Below, one piece after another: positions 1-8,477 of a stretch of DNA of 47,319 bases. Each line of letters starts with the position of its first letter. Positions within the stretch are counted from its first letter, which is position 1. Location of the stretch: positions 1 to 47,319 of the forward strand of contig NJBI01000025.1 of NCBI GenBank assembly GCA_005222975.1, given 5' to 3'. The notes beneath the pieces were generated by a model. The model did no database searches. It saw only the letters and a program-made list of their open reading frames with translations, and was not told the DNA's origin. The position numbers and the translations under genes were made by a program. The stretch comes from Promethearchaeota archaeon Loki_b31. Lineage in GTDB: Archaea > Asgardarchaeota > Lokiarchaeia > Sigyniarchaeales > SOKP01.

Positions 1-228
1 AAAATCTTTAAGAAAATTGGATTATAGAAGCGACGAAATTTAAATCTGTATAGAAAAGGTATAAAACGAGTGAATTCTTTAAGAAAATTAAAAATGAGTA
101 AAATCAAAAAAAATTAAAATTTACTCAAATAGTTATTTAAAAATCATTTGATTTTAAGTTGATTAGAACTTTTGTAAATAAGTTATTTACAATCTTAAAT
201 CAGAATTTAATTGTTTTAGTTACACGAT

Positions 229-609
229 CTATCTATTTAAAACTTTTTTTATGTAATCACGAAGTTCATTGCCCGAAAACGGTTTTGTAATGTATCCATC
301 TGCGCCTAATTCTTTACCTTTTTCAATATCTTCCTTAAAACTCTTAACTGTGAAAAGGACAACTCGGATATCCTTATAGTCTTCCTTCGTTCTTATATGT
401 CGGAGAACCTCAAATCCTGACAGCCCTGGCATCATTAGATCAAGGAGTATTAGGACGATCTCCTCGTGTTTTTCTTCAAGACCCTTTAAGCATTCTTTCC
501 CATTGCTACAAGTAAGTGTCTTAAAACTATCAAGTTTTAAAAATCTTTCAGTAAGATTGACGATATCTGGCTCATCGTCACAAATTAGAATAGTATTTTT
601 ATCTGACAT
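229..609 (-). CDS. Single-domain response regulator receiver (CheY-like)
   Basis: ILICDDE acidic pocket, phosphoacceptor in LLDLMMPGLSG, conserved Lys in GADGYITKPF. Confidence 0.93.
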   Translation of the reverse strand: MSDKNTILICDDEPDIVNLTERFLKLDSFKTLTCSNGKECLKGLEEKHEEIVLILLDLMMPGLSGFEVLRHIRTKEDYKDIRVVLFTVKSFKEDIEKGKELGADGYITKPFSGNELRDYIKKVLNR

Positions 610-751
610 GTTAAACCTCGATTGTTTTTAATAAAACTTTATTTTTTTTTAATTTGGCATTTAACTTATTCTTATGACTACATATATATTTTATCTACTT
701 ATTTAATAATTTATATATATACTTTTTAGCATTTTTAAATACTGCAAATTT

Positions 752-1408
752 ATGTCAAATCGCGAAGGTACGCCCAAGTTTCCAGATTCCTACATCGGTG
801 ATAAATCAATAGAATACGATAATTCAACATGGATGGAAAGAAATCAAAAAAAGACAACTTTATTATGTTTACAATATTTACGCGATGATAAGTTGGATAA
901 TCTCGGTAATTATAACGTTTTAGATGGTAATCATTACATTATTGTGGATTTGGGTTGTGGCTCAGGCTTTTCTTCGGAAATCTTAGTGGATAGCGGCCAT
1001 CGAGTTATTGGTATCGATATTCTAATCGATATGCTCTCGAAAGCAAAAACTAAAAAAAAAAACTTAGAAAATAAAAAAAATCTAGAGCTAATATTAGCTG
1101 ATATTAATTATTTACCTTTAAGAAAGGCTTCAATTAACCATATTATTTCAATTTCTGCTTACAATTTTATAATTTATGGAACAGAAACAATTCGAGACAA
1201 ATTTAAAACTGTTAATAATACAGCAATATATTTGAAAAAAATTTTGAAACCAAAAGGAAGAATAATAATCGAATTTTACCCAAAAGACGAAAAGGAATTA
1301 GAAATCTTTATATCTTCCTTTAATAATAACGGTTTTGATGGATTTATGATTAAAAAGAATCCTGCTCAAAAAGCGGGTCAGACTTACTTATTATTAAAAA
1401 AACGGTGA
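752..1408 (+). CDS. bud23: Class I SAM-dependent methyltransferase, Bud23/WBSCR22-like (SSU rRNA m7G methyltransferase-like)
   Basis: Motif I VDLGCGSGFS; recalled similarity to yeast Bud23 along the whole catalytic domain (Y..ST....Q.K.T; ISISA; FYPK; GF.G). Confidence 0.75.
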   Translation: MSNREGTPKFPDSYIGDKSIEYDNSTWMERNQKKTTLLCLQYLRDDKLDNLGNYNVLDGNHYIIVDLGCGSGFSSEILVDSGHRVIGIDILIDMLSKAKTKKKNLENKKNLELILADINYLPLRKASINHIISISAYNFIIYGTETIRDKFKTVNNTAIYLKKILKPKGRIIIEFYPKDEKELEIFISSFNNNGFDGFMIKKNPAQKAGQTYLLLKKR

Positions 1409-1414
1409 GAAAAT

Positions 1415-2512
1415 ATAGGAACTTGCATATTTTGTGGAAAAACAGGCAAGTTTATCTCCGATGTGCTACAAGTATGTCGAGATTGCATTCTAAACAAAAA
1501 TTGGGAAGTCGTTGAACCACATATTTTAGCTGTTCATAAACAAGTTAGAAATTTAGTAGATTTGCCGTCCAAACCTCCAAAAGCAGATGATATGGATGCT
1601 GAATTAAAATGTAACCTTTGCATTAACGAATGTATTCTTTCTAAAACTGACATAAGCTATTGTGGGCTGCGAAATATACCGAAAAGTCAAAGTGGGGAGT
1701 TACCATTACCTTCTAGATCAAGAGGTTATATTCATGGGTACCTTGATCGAATACCAACTAATTGTTGTAATGCATGGTTTTGTAGCGCAGAATATGATAC
1801 ATACTCTTACGCCGCGTTTCTTTATGGTTGCACATTTTCGTGCCTTTTCTGCCAGAATAGTAGCCATAAGCAATTTCAGAAGCGATATCTATTTGATAGT
1901 GAAACTTTAGCAAATCAAATAGTAAAAAATGAAAAAATTACTTGTCTATGTTACTTCGGGGGAACTCCCGAATCCCAATTACCTTTTTCTATTAATTTAG
2001 CAGAACTAATTTTAGAAAAAATAGAAAATAAAGATGAAAAGAGAAAATTTAGGATATGTTGGGAATGGAATGGAAGTGGAAGACAAGATTTAGTAGAAAA
2101 ATGCATGAGACTCGCAATAAAAACGGGCGGAAATATTAAATTTGATTTAAAAAGTTTTAACGAGAAATTAAATTTAGCAATGTGTGGTGTCAGTAATCGT
2201 AGAACACTTGATAATTTCAAATATCTCGCAGAAAACTATTTTAGTACTCGGGAAAAAGAAATGCCAGAACTGAGTGGTTGTACTTTAATGGTTCCAGGTT
2301 ATGTCAACCATGAGGAAGTGGAACTGATTTCTAAGTTTATTAGTGAAATCAACGATAAGATACCTTATAGCTTGCTGGTTTTCCACGGAGACTATCAAAT
2401 GAAGGATTTAGGTATTACTCCAAGGAAACAAGCAGTAAAATGCCTAGAGATAGCTAAGGAATATCTTAAGAATGTGAACTTAGGAAATAAGTTCCTTTTG
2501 GGGCTTTCCTAA
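1415..2512 (+). CDS. Radical SAM protein, PFL-activase-related family with N-terminal Zn-binding CxxC pairs; probable ATA start
   Basis: CTFSCLFC radical SAM motif, FGGTP, MVPGYV. Frame is open upstream of GTG1463 and adds CIFC, which pairs with CRDC. GGTGA Shine-Dalgarno at 1404-1408 precedes ATA1415. Confidence 0.85.
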   Translation: MGTCIFCGKTGKFISDVLQVCRDCILNKNWEVVEPHILAVHKQVRNLVDLPSKPPKADDMDAELKCNLCINECILSKTDISYCGLRNIPKSQSGELPLPSRSRGYIHGYLDRIPTNCCNAWFCSAEYDTYSYAAFLYGCTFSCLFCQNSSHKQFQKRYLFDSETLANQIVKNEKITCLCYFGGTPESQLPFSINLAELILEKIENKDEKRKFRICWEWNGSGRQDLVEKCMRLAIKTGGNIKFDLKSFNEKLNLAMCGVSNRRTLDNFKYLAENYFSTREKEMPELSGCTLMVPGYVNHEEVELISKFISEINDKIPYSLLVFHGDYQMKDLGITPRKQAVKCLEIAKEYLKNVNLGNKFLLGLS

Positions 2513-2660
2513 TCTTCTTTACAAGCATTTCTTGGTTTGAGTTAATACATATTTTCTAACGATCTTGTGAAACTATCATTATCTTTTTTTCCATAATAGT
2601 TATTAAATAGGAAAAACTAGGATAACCTTATTATTAATTTTAAAAAAAAGTTGCTTAAGA

Positions 2661-3761
2661 ATGAAAAGAATTAAGAGTGTTGATACAATTCGCGGATTAT
2701 GCATACTTCTCATGATTCTTGGACACCTAATGGATTGGTGGATTATACCCGACGATAGATGGTTAATATTTATATTGTTTGCATTTTTAGCGCCTATAGC
2801 TGCTACAGGATTTATGTTTATTTCAGGATTCAGTGCTATTTTATCTTATAAAAGGAAAGTTACAAATATAGAAGGTTCAAATGGACTTACTATACGCAAA
2901 GTTAAAAGCATATACATTATTAGAGCTTTGTTATTATTAATAGTAGCTTTGCTCTATAATACAGCAATAGCTTTTGGTATTCCCGATCCTACTTGGATTT
3001 GGGCGTGGAATATTTTACAAACAATCGCGATTTCGCTCTTATTGGGGTGGCTTTTCTTAAATACTTCAAAAACATTTAGGGTTTTGGTTGGAATTGTATT
3101 ACTAGTTAGCAATCAATTTATTTCACCCTTTTTGCTACTCTATGAGGGACAAACTAATATTTATGGGCTGTTATTCTATATTTTATTCCATCCTTTAGAG
3201 CAATTTACAATCTTGTCTTATTTTTCAATTTTTCTCATTGGAACTGTAGTGGGAGATTTATTTTTTGATGTTAACAAAATTAGCGATCAAGAGGAAAGGA
3301 AACATGCGATAAAATATGTGTTTATAACGCCTTTATTGTTAATTGGGATAATTTCAGTGTCGTTTAGTTTCATTTTTCGTTTTCCAGATATTTTATTTCG
3401 TAGAACCTTTTCTTCGCTGGTTTTTTCTATTGGTTTTATTCTAATTTTTCTTTCAATACTTTTATATATTGAAGAATTCGAAGTTATTAAAACAAAAAAA
3501 AGTTATAGATTTTTCTTTTATTACTCTTTTTACTCTTTTACTATTTATTTGGCGCATGATCCTTTGTATTTTATATTTTTTCAACAATTAAACGCTTTGA
3601 CTATTTGGATAGGACTCGTAGGAACTACATTTTTGATAACGCTATTACTCAAAGGCGTTTATAAAAAATGGGGGAGAAAAGCCTCTTTAAAAACTCAATT
3701 AAGCATCCTAAGTTTAGTAATACTAAAGATAATAGAAAAAAAAGAAAGTAAAAATAATTAA
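2661..3761 (+). CDS. HGSNAT/DUF1624-like multipass membrane acyltransferase
   Basis: N-terminal RIKSVDTIRG..MILGH motif, F.FISGFS, WNILQTI, about 10 hydrophobic segments. Confidence 0.8.
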   Translation: MKRIKSVDTIRGLCILLMILGHLMDWWIIPDDRWLIFILFAFLAPIAATGFMFISGFSAILSYKRKVTNIEGSNGLTIRKVKSIYIIRALLLLIVALLYNTAIAFGIPDPTWIWAWNILQTIAISLLLGWLFLNTSKTFRVLVGIVLLVSNQFISPFLLLYEGQTNIYGLLFYILFHPLEQFTILSYFSIFLIGTVVGDLFFDVNKISDQEERKHAIKYVFITPLLLIGIISVSFSFIFRFPDILFRRTFSSLVFSIGFILIFLSILLYIEEFEVIKTKKSYRFFFYYSFYSFTIYLAHDPLYFIFFQQLNALTIWIGLVGTTFLITLLLKGVYKKWGRKASLKTQLSILSLVILKIIEKKESKNN

Positions 3762-3881
3762 TTTGGCAATATTTTTTTTTCAATAAAAGTTAAGTTCCTA
3801 GTTTTAAGCTATGAATGATAAAATTTATTTAATTTTAATAATTTCTAACTCTAATTACTTCAATTAAAAAATGTTAAAAAA

Positions 3882-4187
3882 ATGCAACGAGCAAGAATTA
3901 GACTTTCTTCTACGAAGCTTCCAGCGTTAAAAGCCGTATGCGATCAAATAGAAAGTGTATGTAAAAATCAAGGCATTAGAAAACTTGGACCAATCCCCTT
4001 ACCTACAAAGAGATTACGCGTACCCGTATTAAAAGCACCTTCTGGTCAAGGAACTGCGACTTGGGCGAAATTTGAAATGAGAATCCACAAACGCCTTTTT
4101 GAAATAATTGCGAACGAGCGCTCGATGCATCTTATTATGAAGATCCAGATTCCAGAAACAGTTTTAGTCGAAATTGAGTTAATATAA
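3882..4187 (+). CDS. rps10: 30S ribosomal protein uS10 (archaeal type)
   Basis: ARIRLSS, GPIPLPTKRL, archaeal-type APSGQGTATW, FEMRIHKRL. Confidence 0.97.
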   Translation: MQRARIRLSSTKLPALKAVCDQIESVCKNQGIRKLGPIPLPTKRLRVPVLKAPSGQGTATWAKFEMRIHKRLFEIIANERSMHLIMKIQIPETVLVEIELI

Positions 4188-4259
4188 TCAAACTTCTTTT
4201 TATAATCTAGATATATTCCATTATAAGAAATTAATATTAAAGGAATAAATTATTATTGT

Positions 4260-4487
4260 ATGCCTTTAACATCATATCATTTAGGCCCAGGGTTAATGAT
4301 AGGATTGTTGTTTCTTAATTTCATCGATTTTCCTACATTCTTAATTGCTAGCATAATTGTTGATATAGAACCCTTTATAGTCTTATTTTTTAACTTAGAT
4401 TATCCGCTTCATGGTTTTTTCCACAGTTTCTTAGGAGGAACTATTGTTGCACTTCTCTTGACGGTGATAATGAGCAAAATATTCTAA
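4260..4487 (+). pseudogene. N-terminal fragment of an archaeal membrane metal-dependent hydrolase-like protein
   Basis: MP.T.YHLGP...VDIEP...YPLHGFFHSF motif; stops at 75 aa, whereas I recall this family being about twice as long, and no continuation is visible. Confidence 0.55.
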
Positions 4488-4620
4488 AAAGATACAGGCG
4501 ATTGATTAGTTTACAATGTGGGCACATACAAACATTAATCCGAATTGATCTAAGAAAACACATAAAATGCTCAACATTGCAGAACGCTTTAAAACTGCAA
4601 AAATTGTTCAATTAAGATTT

Positions 4621-5727
4621 TTAATATGAATTTAAATCCCTAGATCTTTCTTCTAATTTATTCGCTAATTTTGAACTTAAAATGCTTATTAACACTTTTA
4701 AAGAGGCATTTTTTCCCCATTTTTTATAAATGCCTTTGAGTAATAGCGCTATCAAAATTATAGTTCCTACGAAGGCTATCCAGATAGTAAAAACGTTTAA
4801 TTGAAGAAAAAATATAAAATATAACGGATTATGTGCCAAATAAATAGTAAAAGAGTAAAAAGAGAAATAATAGAAAAATCTATAACTTTTTTTTGTTTTA
4901 ACAACTTCGAATTCTTCAATATATAAAAGTATTGAAAGCAAAACTAGAACTGTACCTATTGAATATACCATCGAAGAGAATGTTCCATGGTATAAAAAAT
5001 CAGGAAAGGAAAAAATTGCACCAAATATCATTAAGATTATTCCAATTAACAATGAAAATTTTATAAAATCATATTTTATCGCATGTTTCCTTTCCTCTTG
5101 ATCGTTAATTTTATTAATTTCAAAAATAACATCTCCTACTACAGTTCCTATAAGAAATACAGAAAAAAAAGACAAGATAATATATTGCTCTAAAGGATTG
5201 AATAAAATATGATAAAATACCCCATACATATTAGGTTGACCCATATATGAGGTTAATAATATTAAAATACATTGATCAGCAACTAATAAAACAATTCCAA
5301 GAACAATCCTAAATGTTTTTGAAGTTTTAAGTAGAGGCCACATCAGAAGAAGAGAGACAGCAATCGTTTGTAAAACATTCCAAGACCAAATCCAAGTAAG
5401 ATTATTTATCGCAAAAGCTATTACAGTATTATAAATTAAAGCTATTATTAATAATAATAAAGCTCTAATAATGTATTCATTTTTAATTTTACGCATAGTG
5501 AATTCATTTAAATTTTCAGCTTTTATAACCCTCCTTTTATATGATAATGTAGTGCTGAATCCTGAAATAAACAAAAATCCCGAAGCTGCTAATGGAGCTA
5601 AAAGTTCAAAAAGTATTACTTTCAACCATTTATCTTCATATTTTAACCACCAATCGAACAGATGTCCCATAATCATCAGGAAAATACAAAATCCGCGAAT
5701 AGCATCAATACTTTTAATTCTCTTCAT
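4621..5727 (-). CDS. HGSNAT/DUF1624-like membrane acyltransferase, close paralog of 2661..3761
   Basis: Collinear with the first copy (MKRIKS.D.IRG; DQEERKHAIKY; KTKKSYRFF; KKWG..ASLK). Confidence 0.8.
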   Translation of the reverse strand: MKRIKSIDAIRGFCIFLMIMGHLFDWWLKYEDKWLKVILFELLAPLAASGFLFISGFSTTLSYKRRVIKAENLNEFTMRKIKNEYIIRALLLLIIALIYNTVIAFAINNLTWIWSWNVLQTIAVSLLLMWPLLKTSKTFRIVLGIVLLVADQCILILLTSYMGQPNMYGVFYHILFNPLEQYIILSFFSVFLIGTVVGDVIFEINKINDQEERKHAIKYDFIKFSLLIGIILMIFGAIFSFPDFLYHGTFSSMVYSIGTVLVLLSILLYIEEFEVVKTKKSYRFFYYFSFYSFTIYLAHNPLYFIFFLQLNVFTIWIAFVGTIILIALLLKGIYKKWGKNASLKVLISILSSKLANKLEERSRDLNSY

Positions 5728-6123
5728 AATTTATGAAAAACATAATTTTTTTATGAAAATGATTAAAGTTATACTATTTTTCTATTTAATAATTTTTATT
5801 AAATAACTTTCTTTCTTCTTTTTTCTATTATCTTTACTAAACTGGAGCTTAATTTTCTTAATTTAATTGTTTAATATCTCCCCTTTTTTTATTAAAAGAA
5901 GTCCAAATAGAAAAAAAGTTAATAGAAAAGCGATATAGATTTTGATATAATTAAAACTATAATTTTTAAATGTTTTAATCAGATTTAAATCGTTAGACAC
6001 TCTTATTTTTAATAGTGGTACATTTGAAACAAAAACAAAAGAAGGAAGTATTGATGAAGAAGGCAAATATGGAGTATTTTCTGAGCATATAACATTGTTG
6101 AAACCACTGAATTTGGAGTTTCA

Positions 6124-6318
6124 ATAGAAACTATTGAAATTAAAGCAAAAGTAAAAGCTGAAAGTCCAAAAGCTCTTTTATTGATATTAGATTCCGGTGA
6201 AGAATTTTGGATTCCTAGGAGTACGATATATAGTAGCTATGATTTGAAGAATAAAAAAAAGTTGCAAAAATTTATTGTAGATAAATGGATAATTGAAAAA
6301 CATAAAATACTCAAATGA
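6124..6318 (+). CDS. Small hypothetical protein (64 aa) missing from the ORF track; ATA start
   Basis: Reads (M)ETIEIKAKVKAESPKALLLILDSGEEFWIPRSTIYSSYDLKNKKKLQKFIVDKWIIEKHKILK*; GGAG at 6115-6118; its TGA overlaps the next ATG (ATGA at 6315-6318). Confidence 0.65.
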   Translation: METIEIKAKVKAESPKALLLILDSGEEFWIPRSTIYSSYDLKNKKKLQKFIVDKWIIEKHKILK

Positions 6319-7571
6319 TTAACTCTAATAACAGTAAAAAATTTTACGCTAGACCGATTTTCGTGAATTCTGTATTATTAGTTGTAAATATAGGTCTATT
6401 TATTTTTAAGTTAATATTTGCTGATTTAAGCGGTAGTTTGGCGCTTAAAGCGGATGCTTTTGATAATCTTACAGATATAATTATGGTGTTTGCTGCTTTA
6501 GTTGGAATCACTTACGCAAAAAGAAAACCAAATGAAAAATTTCCTTATGGATATTACAAAATAGAAAATATAATCAGCTTAATTATATCACTAGTCATCT
6601 TTTATACAGCGTATAATGTAATTCTTATTTCGTTCTCCGAAATTTACGCTCACTTTGTTGGACTTCCAAAACAAATAATAACTTCTCCTGTTATTTTTAT
6701 TTTCTTAATCATTTCATTAATTATTTCCTTCTCAACAACCTTATATTTAAGGGTAATAGGAAAACAGACAAACTCACCCATAATTCAATCTCAAGCAAGC
6801 GAAAAGTTCTACGATAACCTTATCTCGTCTTCAGTGATAATCGGTTTTATAGGCGCTTTATTCGGCGTAAATTTTTTAGATTCAATAATTAGTCTACTTA
6901 TTGCTTTACTAATTATTAAAGGTGGATACGATATTTTCTTAACTTCTACTAAAATATTATTAGACGCTATAATTGATTTTGACCAAAGAAATGAACTATA
7001 TAATGTGATTAAAAACTTTCCAAATGTTAAAGAAATTGAAAACTTTGAAATTAGATCTTATGGGCGATATATTTTTTTGGAAGTAGTAGTAATTTTAAAT
7101 AAAGAACTTCATTTGCATCAAATTCAGTCGTTGAAAAATGCGCTGTCAGATAAAATCAAAGCAGAATTCCCTAAAATCTTTAAAATCATTATTATATCTC
7201 AAACTCTGCCAAAAGAAGTTATAAAAATCGCTGTGCCTTTAGCGAACAACGAAGGTTTAAGTTCTAAAATCTCCGAGCACTTTGGAGAAACGTCTTTCTT
7301 TGCTATCTTGGAAATGCAAGAAGAAAATAATTTTCTTGAATTAAAGAACTATAACATTCTACCAAACAAGTTTGCAGACGAAGAAAAAAGAAAAGGTATA
7401 CTAATTTCTGAATGGCTACTTTTAGAAAAAATCGATAAGCTTTATTTAAAAAATGAGTTGAAAAAGGGTCCACATTTACTTTTGGAAAAAGGTTTTGTTC
7501 AAATGGTTGTAACTGAGTTAAGTAGCATAAAAGACATTTTGGAACAAGAAAGACATATCCAATCCTCTTAA
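6315..7571 (+). CDS. Cation diffusion facilitator (FieF-like) with C-terminal NifB/NifX-like domain
   Basis: SLALKADAFDNLTD, FPYGYYKIE, six TM segments, ZT-dimer region, then KIAVP...ISEHFG...F motif. Confidence 0.88.
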   Translation: MINSNNSKKFYARPIFVNSVLLVVNIGLFIFKLIFADLSGSLALKADAFDNLTDIIMVFAALVGITYAKRKPNEKFPYGYYKIENIISLIISLVIFYTAYNVILISFSEIYAHFVGLPKQIITSPVIFIFLIISLIISFSTTLYLRVIGKQTNSPIIQSQASEKFYDNLISSSVIIGFIGALFGVNFLDSIISLLIALLIIKGGYDIFLTSTKILLDAIIDFDQRNELYNVIKNFPNVKEIENFEIRSYGRYIFLEVVVILNKELHLHQIQSLKNALSDKIKAEFPKIFKIIIISQTLPKEVIKIAVPLANNEGLSSKISEHFGETSFFAILEMQEENNFLELKNYNILPNKFADEEKRKGILISEWLLLEKIDKLYLKNELKKGPHLLLEKGFVQMVVTELSSIKDILEQERHIQSS

Positions 7572-7623
7572 TAAAAGATATTTACCTAGTTGTATTTTAT
7601 TATTTAATTAATCAAACTTTTAA

Positions 7624-8460
7624 TTGGTTATTATGGAACTTAGTCTCGATCTATTGAAGCAAATTGCTATAAATGTATTTGATGCCATACATCCTATCTT
7701 AGGCACTAAAAAGGCGGCAGAAAAGTCTCAGAGGGGCGCAGGTGGGGATATTTCAATGCAAATAGACCTTATTGCGGAAAATGTCGTTATTGACACTTTA
7801 GAAAATAAGAATGTAAATCTATTGTTAATTAGCGAAGAATTAGGCGAACAATATATAGGAAATAAAGAAAAAGCAATTAAAAGCCAAAATGTTTTAATTA
7901 TCGATCCTGTTGATGGTTCTAATAACGCAGTAAGAGGAATCCCATACTGTTCTATATCAATAGCCTATGCTATAGGTAGAACGATTAATGACATAAAGAA
8001 AGCAGTAATTCTTGATTTAAACACGAAAGATATTTATTGGGCAATTAAAGGCGAGGGTGCTTACTTAAATAATAAAAAAATTCATGTTTCTGATTTAGAC
8101 ATTACTGATAAGTGCTTTTTTGAGTTAAATCTCCCGATGAAAAACTTTTTTAAACACATAGATAATTTAAGACCAATATTTAGAAGATTTTTTCGTATAC
8201 GAGTATTAGGGAGTAGTGCTTTAACATTATGCGAACTTGCGAAAGGTAGCATGGAAGCTTTTGTTAATTTAAGAGAAACAAATCGATTGGTTGATGTTGC
8301 AGCGGGATTGCTAATCTTAAAAGAAGCTGGAGGAGAGATTTTTTCCCTTACTGGAAGTAAAATTGAAGGAGATTTATCTATTTATTTGAAATTCCCTTTC
8401 ATAGCTTCGAATGACAAGTTGGTTTCATTCTTGAAAAAAGAATTAAGTTCGTATTATTAA
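7624..8460 (+). CDS. suhB: Inositol monophosphatase / FBPase family protein (start possibly ATG7633)
   Basis: ISEE, IIDPVDGSNN, RVLGSSAL, DVAAGLLILKEAGG. Confidence 0.9.
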   Translation: MVIMELSLDLLKQIAINVFDAIHPILGTKKAAEKSQRGAGGDISMQIDLIAENVVIDTLENKNVNLLLISEELGEQYIGNKEKAIKSQNVLIIDPVDGSNNAVRGIPYCSISIAYAIGRTINDIKKAVILDLNTKDIYWAIKGEGAYLNNKKIHVSDLDITDKCFFELNLPMKNFFKHIDNLRPIFRRFFRIRVLGSSALTLCELAKGSMEAFVNLRETNRLVDVAAGLLILKEAGGEIFSLTGSKIEGDLSIYLKFPFIASNDKLVSFLKKELSSYY

Positions 8461-8477
8461 TAGCTTATTTAGATGTA

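Noticed and set aside
1406-1408. Selenocysteine readthrough of the TGA joining the methyltransferase and radical SAM ORFs (same frame)
   Set aside because: The methyltransferase domain is complete at the stop, the TGA is not at a Cys-like position, no SECIS was recognised, and SD+ATA explains the downstream frame more simply
4441-4611. Cys-rich 56-aa TTG ORF on the minus strand
   Set aside because: No SD, no recognisable motif spacing, overlaps the hydrolase fragment; likely chance
5863-6066. Listed 67-aa minus-strand ORF
   Set aside because: Low-complexity translation of AT-rich DNA; the plus strand looks more coding
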